In this document: positions 22,401 to 30,516 of the stretch, piece by piece
Position numbering within the stretch: the stretch's first letter is position 1
Layout of the letters: each line of letters starts with the position of its first letter
NCBI GenBank assembly: GCA_035606475.1
Contig: DATNFI010000133.1
Location: 1-58,329, forward strand
From: Mycobacterium sp.
GTDB lineage: Bacteria; Actinomycetota; Actinomycetes; Mycobacteriales; Mycobacteriaceae
DNA length: 58,329 nt
Direction of reading: 5' to 3'
The notes under the pieces: generated by a model
The model's database searches: none
The model's input: only the letters and a program-made list of their open reading frames with translations
What the model was told of the DNA's origin: nothing
Program-made: the position numbers and the translations under genes

Positions 22401-24478
22401 TCGGTCAGGCTCTCGACCCGCCCCGGTGCGGCGAACACCGCAACCATCCGACCCCCCGACGGCAAGCTGCCGAACAGGCGCCCGCGCTCGGCCATCAGCT
22501 TCGCGCCGTCCTCCAGGCTGAACACACCCGCGACGCAGGCCGCCGAATACTGACCGACGCTGTGACCCAGCACCACGGCCGGTTCGAATCCCCAGGACTG
22601 CCAGAGCCGGGCCAGACCCATCTCCACCGCGAACAACGCGGGCTGCGCATAGGTGGTCTGCCGAAGAGTGTCTTCGGCGTCTGGGCCGTCAACGTCGAAA
22701 ATGACGTCCAGCAGCGGCTTTTCGAGCACATCGGCGATCGCGGCGGCGCAGCGGTCCAGGGTCTCGGCGAACACCGGCTCGGTGTCGTACAGCTCGCGGG
22801 CCATACCGGGGTACTGGCTGCCCTGGCCGGTGAACAGCCACGCCGTCTTCGGCGTGGCATCGGAAACCCCACGCACCAGGCCGGGCGCCGGGCGATCGTC
22901 AGCCAACGCGCCGAGCAGTTCGCTGGCAGATTCCTTGGAGTTGACTACCAATGCGGCGCGGTGCTCGAAGTGCGCGCGTCCCACCCCGGCCGTCAGGCAC
23001 GCGTCGGCCAGGGCGGCCTCCGGGTGCGCGGTCAACCAGCTGCGGTATTGGTCGGCGATCTGCACCAGCGCGTCGGGAGTGCGCGCCGAGATCGGCAGGA
23101 TGCTGAACCGCTTCTCCGAACCCCGATCGGCCGGGGCGTCAGCGTCGACGATCTGGGCGGCTTTCGCGGGCGCTTCCTCGAGGATGACGTGCGCGTTGGT
23201 GCCGGCGAATCCGAACGAGCTGATGCCCGCGATGCGCGGCTTGGCGTTGCGCTCCCAGGGAGTGGCTTCCTTGACCACCTCCAGCGCAAGCCGGTCCCAG
23301 GGGATGTGCGGCGAGGGGTTCTCGAAATGGAGATGCGGTGGCAGCAGCTCGTTTTCGAGCGACAGGATGACCTTGATGACGCCCGCGATGCCGGCAGCGG
23401 CCTCCAGGTGGCCGATGTTCGTCTTCGCCGACCCGATCAGCAGGGGGTCGTTGTCCGCGCGCCCCTCGCCGAGAACGGCGCCAGCGGCCTGCGCCTCGAT
23501 CGGGTCACCCAGCGACGTGCCGGTTCCGTGCGCCTCCAGGTAGTCGACGTCGGCGGGGGTCAGACCGGAGCGCTTCAGCGCCTCGGTGATAACCCGTTGC
23601 TGTGCAACACCATTCGGTACGGTCAAGCCGCCCGATGCGCCGTCCTGGTTGATCGCGCTGCCCCGGATGACGGCCCGGATGTTGTCGCCGTCGTTGATCG
23701 CGTCCTCGAGTCGTTTGATGACGATGACGCCGCAGCCCTCGCCGCGGACGTAGCCGTCGGCGGCCGCGTCGAAGGTCTTGCATCGGCCGTCGGGCGCGAG
23801 CATGTGCGCGCTGGAGAAGGTGATCATCGTCGCCGGCGTGAGCAGCACGTTCGCGCCACCGGCCAATGCCAGGTCGCACTCGCCGAGTTGAAGCGCCTGG
23901 CAGGCCTGGTGGATGGCCACCAGTGACGAACTGCAGGCCGTGTCGACGGCGACCGCCGGGCCCTGAAGTCCCAACCGGAAACTGATCCGCCCGGCGGCTG
24001 CGGCGTTGGACGTCCCGATCGCCATGTAGGCCTCGATCTCGGGGAACGTCAGCTCACCCGATGCCATGCCGAGATAGTCGTGAGTGGCCAAACCGACGAA
24101 CACACCGGTGTTCGTGTTCGCCAAAGATGTTGGCGCGGTGCCGGAATGCTCCACTGCGCGCCAGGCCGTCTCCAGCAGCAACCGGTGTTGCGGATCCAGC
24201 ATCCGGACCTCGCGTGTCGACATCCCGAAGAACGGCGCGTCGAATCCCGTCACGTCATCGACGAAACCTGCCCGACGCGTCGCGACCTTTCCCGGCGTGT
24301 CCGGGTCCGGGTCGAAGAACTCGTCGACGTCCCATCGGTCGGCGGGCACCTCCGAGACCGCGTCCCGGCCTTCACGCAGTACGTCCCAGAACTCGTCGGC
24401 GTCGGCGGCTCCCGGAAAGCGCGCCGCATATCCGACGATCGCGAAACTGGGACGTGACTGCCGGCCTTCGGATGCCAT
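13436..24478 (-). CDS. pks: Bimodular type I PKS KS-AT-KR-ACP-KS-AT-DH-ER-KR-ACP (trehalose polyphleate/phleic acid type)
   Basis: Two DTACSSS/HGTGT KS domains, two GHSVG/HAFH AT domains, DH HVIYGTVVVP, ER GLNFRD/HAASGGVG, ACPs GMDSL and GTDSL, no TE; ATG 24478 after SD GAGAGGA (3680 aa). Confidence 0.95.
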   Translation of the reverse strand: MASEGRQSRPSFAIVGYAARFPGAADADEFWDVLREGRDAVSEVPADRWDVDEFFDPDPDTPGKVATRRAGFVDDVTGFDAPFFGMSTREVRMLDPQHRLLLETAWRAVEHSGTAPTSLANTNTGVFVGLATHDYLGMASGELTFPEIEAYMAIGTSNAAAAGRISFRLGLQGPAVAVDTACSSSLVAIHQACQALQLGECDLALAGGANVLLTPATMITFSSAHMLAPDGRCKTFDAAADGYVRGEGCGVIVIKRLEDAINDGDNIRAVIRGSAINQDGASGGLTVPNGVAQQRVITEALKRSGLTPADVDYLEAHGTGTSLGDPIEAQAAGAVLGEGRADNDPLLIGSAKTNIGHLEAAAGIAGVIKVILSLENELLPPHLHFENPSPHIPWDRLALEVVKEATPWERNAKPRIAGISSFGFAGTNAHVILEEAPAKAAQIVDADAPADRGSEKRFSILPISARTPDALVQIADQYRSWLTAHPEAALADACLTAGVGRAHFEHRAALVVNSKESASELLGALADDRPAPGLVRGVSDATPKTAWLFTGQGSQYPGMARELYDTEPVFAETLDRCAAAIADVLEKPLLDVIFDVDGPDAEDTLRQTTYAQPALFAVEMGLARLWQSWGFEPAVVLGHSVGQYSAACVAGVFSLEDGAKLMAERGRLFGSLPSGGRMVAVFAAPGRVESLTDQFPSLSVAAYNGANTVLSGPAGDLDKAVSTLTVDGVRCDWLETSHAFHSALLDPILDEFEKYADTVKYASPQRILVDNRSGAVVGRSQKLDGNYWRRHARQPVEFAKSVQTLSDLSCKVLLEIGPQPVLTAAALRAWPDPATTPRAIASLRKNTDDHRQITEALADAYALGALPDFGAVLQGPARKLDLPTYPFQHRQYWFRENRELPTQQSHMSSTSETVQLLEDDKIEELAALLGGAGDDGQTVNVLTKLAAQHNQQRKTRSITDARYEFRWDKINAAASDPTESATWLLIGDDGDAVAPLVEALTERGQKHRIIALPASDADEQELTATLRAAAEEAPALRIVDFSAVESDTVPSQRSLLRVQQQVLGGTRRLFRAAAAAELRAPIWVITRGAQRVTDIDTVSPEQTALWGFGRAASLELPHLWGGLADLSQGTADEWSRVIDQAAAEPRREDQIAVRGHDVFVPRLVRRTAQPSATPLALRDDATYLVTGGLGSIGLEIAGYLAANGAKHLVLTSRRSPTEAAQKRIDALTEQHGSDIRVVTADVADADDVSRLLSTVNADLPLAGIVHAAGEIDTTPLADLTDAEVDRVFAGKVWGAWYLSEAAPELKLDFFVTTSSIASVWGGYGQTAYGAANAFLDGLTWRLREQGIAGVSANFGPWSAGMADAESRAKLAKRGIKTLSPADALAGLADLIAVSGEQGAASGVVARIDWAKFLPLYQNTGRRAFLAELEREVPSAVAPVTTASGKTELVERLTNAPVQQRRKLMSDFLRDAVADVTRVDPSEIREDAGFFDLGMDSLMAVELRRRIEQNLGKEIPATLAMDHPRLSDTVDYLLSDVLALTEQKSGPAVATAVARSDEPIAIIAVSCRFPGAPNPEAFWELLSGGVNAIREVPEDRFDIDEFYDPDPDTAGKTYTRFGGFLDGIDGFDPEFFGISPREAVWIEPQQRLMLETVWEGLERAGYSPAALRGSRTGVFAGVAANEYAHLLSAESIDKIEPYFITGNALNAISGRVAFALGLEGPAVAVDTACSSSLVAVHQAVQALHSGDCDLALAGGVNVLLSPVTVVAASRARMLSPVGQCKTFDASADGYVRSEGCGILVLKRLSDAERDGDRIAAVIPGTAVNQDGASSGLTVPNGGAQQRLIATALARAGLSGGEVDYLEAHGTGTPLGDPIEVQAAGAVYGVSREANRPLLMGSVKTNIGHTESASGAAGLIKVVLSLQNSTLPQSLHFDNPSPHIPWGSLPVKVVDKSIPWEANGRPRRAGVSSFGFTGTNAHVLIEEAPTPQPATIDEQPADAVVATPDSGAQDESVNVLPLSARSPEALVELAQRYGSWLDTHLEADIAEVCRTAGVGRSHFEHRAALVVDSAQTASEGLADLAAGQLRPGVVRGECTDRPTTAWLFTGQGSQYPGMARELFDAEPVFAETVKRCADAVSDLLPEPLLEVIFATDRETGGKAGERLKHTSFAQPALFAIEMGLARLWQSWGIEPDVVLGHSVGQYAAACVAGVFSLEDGVRLMAERGRLFGSLPAGGRMVAVFADPKQVEQVAGEFPKVSVGAYNGPNTVLSGPGEDLEQVVAKFSEDGVRCTWLETSHAFHSELLEPVLGEFESYARQFEFATPTLPLVCNRTGSILTAETPLDAQYWRKHSRQPVQFAESVRTVAALGCSVLMEIGPQPVLTGAAVQVWPEHLAAPRAIVSLRKGVADRRQIADALANAYVSGHRPTFEALHPQPGRRLELPTYPFQRRRFWPKSSAITVDGPAMSGLLGTGKDLASGDTVYTSRLSVKSQPWLNDHVIYGTVVVPGATYAAMALAAVGTPAHVKEVFFYEPIILPEKASREVQLTLHPLEEGWRFQVHSRAYGVKDAEWSLNADGTAIAGVGEEPETDEQAVPEEPIDAAIERMERMRPQELFETFDDMELSWGPNWSGSLKSLWLGEGEAIGDISVGEELSENLGTEPMHPVLMDLCTGVAFPAFPALRAAQQGVSGLFLPLRYEQVTLKDKMPRRFYCRAKWHTNELDGETQVFDLDYLDRDGRNLGGIRGFTVKRAPREALLRGLGGDVTRLLYALGWHEVPIASSDDQAATPGGTWLVAGFSDLAAALPGCIPFDRTDDSELLGQVLAQAHEKGMPYTGIVWRSSGRRTDESTAEQITRLETEIENLLSAVHTAQADKSVKLPGGLWIVTERAVATESGEPVDAVQAALWGLGRTILNEEPGLRSKLIDVDGSREAVELLTGMLATPVDEPELALRQGKALASRLLQWSRSGHLNVPRADDYALLPTERGAIDNLRLTEKEVLPPDEGYVQVRVEAAGLNFRDVLNVLGLYPGDPGPVGGDFAGTVTQLGDGVSHVEVGQRVYGTMQGAFASRFNVPAQFLAPIPDGVSAVEAATIPAAALTVRLSFDWSKLNPGDKVLIHAASGGVGLAAIQMAQQHGAEVYATASTFKRATLRKLGVKHVYDSRTTDFADQILADTDGAGVDVVLNSLTSEGFIEATVRATAKNGRFAEIAKRDIWTPEQMAEVRPDIAYEIVALDTVMFTEPDRIRDLLTEVSDGLANGEWTPLPAEIYPLTEARTAFRRMQQARHIGKIVCQMPIPLAPRQDRTYLITGGLGAIGLSTASYLAQRGAGDIVLTSRREPDADARKTIEDITERYKTRIHTFSADVGDESDVETLLERIRGELPPLAGVAHLAGVLDDALLNAQDLDRFRTTLAPKAFGAFYLDRLTRDDKLDFFIVSSSVSSLLGPPGQANYSTANALLDGLIADRKAHGLPATAINFGPWGGAGMASSEAASSNISAQGLLPLDASGALGALAEVVANGTGQATVLKANWARAAKVMGSSRPPILDLVLPSEMSEVVDSELLKQLQELPVSERATFITEFLQREVQGFLRLAQPPAATSRFLDLGTDSLMAVELRNRLHSQFGGKFTINATAVFDYPTIGGLGEYLAAQMPDAESEAVEAQAETEPEPAEPEPSAEPEPAAEQS

Positions 24479-24661
24479 GCGTTGTTGTCCTCTCGATTTG
24501 GGGACTGGTTCAAGATTCGGTCGCCGCACGCGGCCCGGACGCGCAACAGACTTGTCCGCACGCCCGAGGATTGCAAGTACCGCTCCGGCGGCGGTGCCGG
24601 ACACCGCGCACCGTACCGCAGGGTATGGCTTAGATCACCCCTTGGCACGCCGGGTGGTTCT

Positions 24662-24703
24662 ATGTCAATGGGCGTACTGCTTGACATTATTAACCCAGTC
24701 AAG
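24662..24703. promoter_or_regulatory. Three GTCAA/TTGAC half-sites at 17-bp period in the divergent pks/papA3 promoter
   Basis: atgtcaa-N12-ttgacat (24662-24687) overlapping cttgac-N12-gtcaag (24680-24703). Confidence 0.5.
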
Positions 24704-24821
24704 ATCGGTGTACATGCCACCGACGGCGGGCGACAGTCACAGCCACGCGGGCTATCTTGGGTCTCGCCGCCGCCAGCACGAGCGGCCGGCCCGGAGCCGT
24801 TCAACTGAGGAGGACAATCTT

Positions 24822-26243
24822 TTGCGCATCGGGCAAATTACGGTCGGCTCACTCAGTGAGTGGACGCTGACCCCGGGCACCGTCACCTCCTGGCACCCGA
24901 CCGTCACCGCTGCGGAGAAGGCTCGGCACGCACCCGTCAGCTCAGTGCCGGTCAGCTACATGCAGGGCCAGCACCTACGTAACTACTACGAGCGCAACGC
25001 CGCAGAACTCAACTTCTCCCGGCAGATCATTGCCAGCTGCGACGCCAAGGGCGAGTGCGATATCGACGCCATGAACACCGCCCTCAACGCCTACCTGCGT
25101 CGACACGACACTTTCCGCAGCTGGTTCGAGCGCACCGACGACGGCGAGTTCATCAGGCACACCATTACCGACCCGTCCGAGATCGAATTCGAGCCCGTCG
25201 ACCAGGGCCATATGTCGGTCGATGAAATTCGCGAACACACGACCGCGATACCCAATCCGCTGGAGTGGGGTTGTTTCACCTTCGGAATCGTGCAACGCGA
25301 AGGCCAATTCACCTTCTTTGTCGCGATGGACCATGTGCACGGCGACGCGACGCTGATCGGCACCACGATGATGGAAGCCAACGGCATGTACGCCGCCCTG
25401 AGCAGCGGCGGTGAGGCCCTGGAGCTTCCCGACGCCGGCAGCTTCGACGAATTCTGCGTCCGCGAGCGCGAGTCCACGTCGGCCTTGACGCTGGATTCAC
25501 CGGGCGTGCAGGCGTGGATCGACTTCGCCGAGAACTGCAATGGCGGTTTCCCCGAATTCCCGCTTCCGCTGGGCGATCCGGACAAGACGACCAGCAGCGA
25601 GATGTCGTCCGAGCTGCTGATGAGCGACGCTCAGACCGAGCGATTCGAAGCGGCCTGCGGGACGGCGGGCGCGCGCTTCGTCGGTGGCCTGTTCGCCTGC
25701 CTCGGCCTGGTGGAGCACGAATTCACCGGCGCCCTTACCTATTACGGGCTCACCCCGAGGGATTCGCGCACCGGCGCCGACAACTTCATGACCCAGGGCT
25801 GGTTCACCGGCCTGATCCCGATCACTGTGCCGATCGCCGCGACCTCGTTCAACGAAGCCGCATACGCCGCGCAGGCCTCTTTCGACTCAGGTCTCGACAT
25901 GGCGCGGGTGCCGTATTACCGCGTGTTGGAGCTGGCACCGTGGCTGAACTGGCCCGAACCGAACTTCCCGGTGTCGAACTTCCTGCATGGCGGGGCCGCC
26001 CCGCTCAACGCCATTCTCGCGGCAGGCGACATGGGCCTGGCCGACAACATCGGGATCTACCCTGATGGGCGATTCAGCTATCAGCTGACGATCTATATCT
26101 TCCGCTACAAAGAGGGCACGGTGATGGCGATCATGCATCCCGACAATCCGATCGCGCTCAAGTCAGCCACTCGATACATGGAGGCAATGCGGTCTGTGTG
26201 CGTGCGGGTCGCCGACAGCGGGCACTGGGGACGCGTCGCCTGA
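24822..26243 (+). CDS. papA3: Polyketide-associated acyltransferase (PapA3-like)
   Basis: TTG 24822 after SD AGGAGG; HxxxD motif (HVHGD); PVSYMQ and RRHDTFRSWF motifs. Confidence 0.88.
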   Translation: MRIGQITVGSLSEWTLTPGTVTSWHPTVTAAEKARHAPVSSVPVSYMQGQHLRNYYERNAAELNFSRQIIASCDAKGECDIDAMNTALNAYLRRHDTFRSWFERTDDGEFIRHTITDPSEIEFEPVDQGHMSVDEIREHTTAIPNPLEWGCFTFGIVQREGQFTFFVAMDHVHGDATLIGTTMMEANGMYAALSSGGEALELPDAGSFDEFCVRERESTSALTLDSPGVQAWIDFAENCNGGFPEFPLPLGDPDKTTSSEMSSELLMSDAQTERFEAACGTAGARFVGGLFACLGLVEHEFTGALTYYGLTPRDSRTGADNFMTQGWFTGLIPITVPIAATSFNEAAYAAQASFDSGLDMARVPYYRVLELAPWLNWPEPNFPVSNFLHGGAAPLNAILAAGDMGLADNIGIYPDGRFSYQLTIYIFRYKEGTVMAIMHPDNPIALKSATRYMEAMRSVCVRVADSGHWGRVA

Positions 26244-26282
26244 CGTGGGCCTACGACTTCGCCGATCGGCGGGAAGACTCAG

Positions 26283-29270
26283 ATGCGACGGCTAGCTGAC
26301 TTCGTTGTGCGATGGCCCTGGGTGGTGATCGGGGCCTGGCTCGCGGTCGCGGTGGCACTGCCGCTGACGTTCCCGTCGCTCAACGAGATGGCCGAGAAGC
26401 ACCCGCTGGCGATCCTGCCCAGTGATGCGCCGTCGGCCGTCACCGCACGGAAAATGACCGAAGCGTTCCACGAAGCGGGCTCCGAAGACCTGCTGCTGGT
26501 GGTCTTGACCGACGACAAGGGACTCACCCCCGCCGACGAAGCCACCTACCGCGCATTGGCCGACACGCTGCGTAAAGACACCAGCAATGTGGTGATGCTG
26601 CAGGACTTCATCAGCACCCCGCCGCTCAAATCGATCGTGACCAGTAAAGACGGCAAAGCATGGGTGCTGCCCGTCGGTGTCGCGGGCGAGCTGGGGACAC
26701 CGCGGTCCTACGAGGCGTTCACCAAGATCAGCGACACCGTCAGGCACACCGTCGCGGGGTCCACCCTGCGCGCGGACCTCACCGGGCCTGCGGGCACGGT
26801 CGCCGACCTCACCGTCGCCGGCCAGCAGGACCGCATGCCGATCGAGCTGGCCATCGGCGTGCTGGTGCTCATCGTTCTGCTGATCGTCTATCGCAGCGCG
26901 ATCACCATGTTGCTGCCGCTGATATCGATCGGCTTGTCGCTGATGATCGCCCAGGCGATGGTGGCCGCCTACTCCGCGATCACCGGGGCCGGCGTCTCCA
27001 ACCAGTCGATCGTGTTCCTGAGCGCCATCATGGCGGGTGCCGGAACGGACTACGCCGTCTTTCTGATCAGCCGCTACCACGATTATCTGCGCTTGGGCGA
27101 GAACCACGACGTGGCGCTCAGGAAGGCGTTGGTCTCGATCGGCAAGGTGATCACGGCATCGGCCAGCACGGTCGGCATCACCTTCCTGGTCATCAGCTTC
27201 GCCCGGATGGGTGTCTTCCAAACGGTCGGTATCGCGTCGGCGATCGGCGTCGGCGTGGCATTCCTGGCCGCCGTCACATTGCTGCCCGCGATCATCGCGC
27301 TGGCCGGCGCGCGGGGCTGGATCAAGCCGAAGCGCGAGATCACGGCGCGATTCTGGCGCCGATCGGGAATCCGCATCGTGCGCCGGCCGAAGGTGCACCT
27401 GATCGCCAGCCTGCTCGTGCTGATCGCCCTGGCCAGCTGCGCCGGGCTGGTCCGCTACAACTACGACGACCGCAAAGCCCTGGGCGCTTCGGTCCCGAGT
27501 TCGATCGGGTACGCGACGCTGGATCGCCATTTCCCGGTGAACCAGTCGATCCCGGAGTACATCTTCGTCCAGTCGCCGCGGGACCTGCGCAATCCGCAGG
27601 CTCTGGCGGATCTGGAACAGATGGCCGACCGCGTCAGCCAGCTCCCCCACGTCGCGGCGATCAGCGGCATTACCCGCCCCACCGGAAACGTGCCGGAACA
27701 GTTCCGGGCCACCTACCAGGCGGGCGCCATCGGCTCGTTCCTGGCCGGCGGGTCGACGCTGATCAACGACCACACCAGCGACCTCAACCAGCTGTCCGAG
27801 GGGTCCGTCACGCTGGCTGACAAGCTCGAACAGGTCCAAGGCCAGATCGGCGAATTGGCCAGCAGCGTCCAGGAATTGGAGAACACGTTCAAATCGACCA
27901 AGGACCAGTACAGCGGCGAGACGCTGGTCCACGAGGTGGACCTCGCGGCCCAGCTCGTCGACCACGTCAACGCGATCAGCAACAGCATGGGCTGGAACTA
28001 CACCGGCGCGAAAAACCTCTTCGAGTGGCTCGGCCCGGTGGTCACGGCGCTGCAGGGCAACCCGACCTGCGACCTGAACGAGTCCTGCAGCAACACCCGC
28101 GGCGCGTTCGAGCAGCTGCTCGGCGGGCGCAACCAGGAAGACCTCGACGCGATCAACGACCTGGCCCACCAGATGGGCGACTACCCGGACAAGAAGCAGC
28201 TCAAGGCCTCGACCGACCAGATGCGCGCCGCGATGTCCAAGCTCACCGGCGTGCTGAAGACACTGGGCATGGACCAGCCCGGGGGCCTGCAGGCGAACCT
28301 GGATCAGCTGCAGGGCGGCGCAAACCAATTCGCCGGCGGCAGTCGGCAGATCGCCGACGCGGTGAACGTGCTCGTCGACCAGGTCAAGCAACTGGGCGCC
28401 GGCCTCAGCGAATCGGCGACGTTCCTGCTCTCGCTGAAGAAAGAAGCCGCGCAACCGGCGATGGCCGGGTTCAACATCCCGTCACAGTTGTTGCGGTTGC
28501 CGGAGTTCCAAGACGCCGCAAAGGTTTTCATCTCGGCGGACGGTCATTCGGTGCGCTATTTGGTGCAGACGAAGCTCAACCCGTTCAGCACCCAGGCGAT
28601 GGATCAGGTCAGCACGATCCTGGCGACCGCGAAGGGCGCCCAACCGAACACCATGTTGTCCGACGCCAAGATCTCGATGGCCGGCTACACCGTGGGCCTC
28701 AAGGACACCCGCGACTACTACCAGCACGACATCCGGTTCATCATCGCGACGACCCTGCTGGTCGTGCTGTTGACGCTGATCGTGCTGCTGCGCGCGATTG
28801 TCGCGCCGCTCTACCTGGTTGCGTCCGTCGTGATCTCGTACCTGTCGGCCGTCGGCATCGGCGCAGTGTTCTTCCAATTCATCCTGGGCCAGCAATTGCA
28901 CTGGAGCGTGCCCCCTTTGGCGTTCGTGGTGCTGGTCGCGGTGGGAGCCGACTACAACATGTTGCTGGTCTCGCGAATGCGCGACGAGTCGCCGCACAGC
29001 ACGCGCTACGGGATCATCCGGACCCTGAGTTCCACCGGCGGCGTGATCACCGCGGCGGGCCTGATCTTCGCCGCCTCGATGGCCGGCCTGCTGTTCTCCA
29101 GCATCGGCACCGTCGTCCAGGGCGGCTTCGTCATCGGCGTGGGCATTCTGCTCGACACGTTCCTGGTCCGCACCATCACCGTTCCCGCCATTGCGGCGCT
29201 GGTGGGACGGGCAAACTGGTGGCCGTCGTCGAGGTTCGCTCCGGCACCCGCACAGCCTCGAGCGAGTTAG
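26283..29270 (+). CDS. mmpL10: MmpL RND-family transporter (MmpL10-like)
   Basis: GTDYAVF and GADYNML DY pairs, long periplasmic insert, cluster position. Confidence 0.88.
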   Translation: MRRLADFVVRWPWVVIGAWLAVAVALPLTFPSLNEMAEKHPLAILPSDAPSAVTARKMTEAFHEAGSEDLLLVVLTDDKGLTPADEATYRALADTLRKDTSNVVMLQDFISTPPLKSIVTSKDGKAWVLPVGVAGELGTPRSYEAFTKISDTVRHTVAGSTLRADLTGPAGTVADLTVAGQQDRMPIELAIGVLVLIVLLIVYRSAITMLLPLISIGLSLMIAQAMVAAYSAITGAGVSNQSIVFLSAIMAGAGTDYAVFLISRYHDYLRLGENHDVALRKALVSIGKVITASASTVGITFLVISFARMGVFQTVGIASAIGVGVAFLAAVTLLPAIIALAGARGWIKPKREITARFWRRSGIRIVRRPKVHLIASLLVLIALASCAGLVRYNYDDRKALGASVPSSIGYATLDRHFPVNQSIPEYIFVQSPRDLRNPQALADLEQMADRVSQLPHVAAISGITRPTGNVPEQFRATYQAGAIGSFLAGGSTLINDHTSDLNQLSEGSVTLADKLEQVQGQIGELASSVQELENTFKSTKDQYSGETLVHEVDLAAQLVDHVNAISNSMGWNYTGAKNLFEWLGPVVTALQGNPTCDLNESCSNTRGAFEQLLGGRNQEDLDAINDLAHQMGDYPDKKQLKASTDQMRAAMSKLTGVLKTLGMDQPGGLQANLDQLQGGANQFAGGSRQIADAVNVLVDQVKQLGAGLSESATFLLSLKKEAAQPAMAGFNIPSQLLRLPEFQDAAKVFISADGHSVRYLVQTKLNPFSTQAMDQVSTILATAKGAQPNTMLSDAKISMAGYTVGLKDTRDYYQHDIRFIIATTLLVVLLTLIVLLRAIVAPLYLVASVVISYLSAVGIGAVFFQFILGQQLHWSVPPLAFVVLVAVGADYNMLLVSRMRDESPHSTRYGIIRTLSSTGGVITAAGLIFAASMAGLLFSSIGTVVQGGFVIGVGILLDTFLVRTITVPAIAALVGRANWWPSSRFAPAPAQPRAS

Positions 29271-29327
29271 CGCCTACCCCCCATGTATGTGAAACTACGA
29301 GACGAACCCAACGGGTCAGGAGTAGGG

Positions 29328-30470
29328 ATGAAGAAACTACTCGCAGGAGTGTCAGCACTGGTAACTGTCGGCGCCACAGGATGTTTCGGCGTCGGGACCG
29401 CATCCGCCGACGGCCCGCAAATCAGCGGACCGCCGTCACCCGGAGCCCCCGGTGATCAGACCGCCTACGCCCTCGGTGGCGCGCACGTCCTGGGCATCCC
29501 CTACGACCAGTACATCAAGATGGAAGGCGCCGAGTGGTTCCCCGGCCAGCAGCGCCAGATCGTCCGCTACCCGGCGGGGCAGGTCCAAGGTCACGTGCTG
29601 GCGCGACTGTTCCCCGGCCTCCAGCCGGAGATCGACAAGTTCGACCAGCAGTTCCCGGGTGTGGGCCTGGACGGCCCCAGCGTGGGCCAGTCGGTCGACG
29701 TCGGCGTCGACAACCTCGACGCGGCAATCCGCTCCATCGGCCGTCCCGGCACCGCGATCGGCCTGTCCGAGGGCGGGTTCGTAGTCGACGGCGAGCAACA
29801 GCGGCTGGCGACCGCTCCGGACGCTCCCCCGCCGAACACCCTGAACTTCGCCACCTTCGGCGACCCGATCGGGCATCACGCCTTCGGCCAGAGTTTCCTG
29901 ACCGCCACTTTCCCGGTGGGCAGCACCGTGCCGGCGCTCGACTACGTCATGCCGCCGCGATACGAGAGCCAGTACGACACCAACCGCTTCGTGGCGGCCT
30001 ACGACTCGATCGCGGACTTCCCAGACCGGCCGGACAACATGTTCGCGTTCGCCAACACGCTCATGGGCCTCGCCACCGGGCACACCGCGGTGGCGTTCAC
30101 CAACGCGAGCATGGTGCCTCCCGAGAACATCAGGACCACCATCAACTCGCGGGGCGCCAAAGACACCACGATCATGGTCCCGGAGAAACACCTTCCGCTG
30201 GTCATGCCGCTGAAGTACATCGGAATCCCGGAAGACACGCTGAACAAGCTCGACGCCATCCTGATCCCAAGGGTGAATGCGGGTTACATTCGTAACGACG
30301 ACCCGGCAACGGCGCCGGTTCAGGTAGATCCGGTGCGCGGCTTCGACCCGGCGGAAGTCACCGCGCCGGCCAACCAGGCGACGTTCGGTGGCGGCGCCGA
30401 TCCGTTCTCGCAGATTCTCAGTGGTGCCATGTCCGTGCTGTCGCACGGCGCAGGCGAAGCGCCAAACTGA
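29328..30470 (+). CDS. Exported PE-PPE-domain serine acyltransferase (Rv1184c/Chp-like)
   Basis: Signal peptide MKKLLAG...ASA; GLSEG nucleophile, [10 protein letters not shown]; SD AGGAG. Confidence 0.85.
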   Translation: MKKLLAGVSALVTVGATGCFGVGTASADGPQISGPPSPGAPGDQTAYALGGAHVLGIPYDQYIKMEGAEWFPGQQRQIVRYPAGQVQGHVLARLFPGLQPEIDKFDQQFPGVGLDGPSVGQSVDVGVDNLDAAIRSIGRPGTAIGLSEGGFVVDGEQQRLATAPDAPPPNTLNFATFGDPIGHHAFGQSFLTATFPVGSTVPALDYVMPPRYESQYDTNRFVAAYDSIADFPDRPDNMFAFANTLMGLATGHTAVAFTNASMVPPENIRTTINSRGAKDTTIMVPEKHLPLVMPLKYIGIPEDTLNKLDAILIPRVNAGYIRNDDPATAPVQVDPVRGFDPAEVTAPANQATFGGGADPFSQILSGAMSVLSHGAGEAPN

Positions 30471-30516
30471 CCACCGAGCCCGAGCCCCTAACTCGACTAT
30501 CAGTACGGACGAAATT

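Noticed and set aside
13634-23926. Long plus-strand ORFs (400-800 aa) opposite the PKS, and similar ones opposite the mmpL and fadE genes
   Set aside because: Antisense shadows typical of high-GC codon bias; no recognisable motifs
24084-24821. N-terminal extensions making pks and papA3 overlap
   Set aside because: SD-supported starts at 24478 (-) and 24822 (+) leave a normal divergent intergenic region
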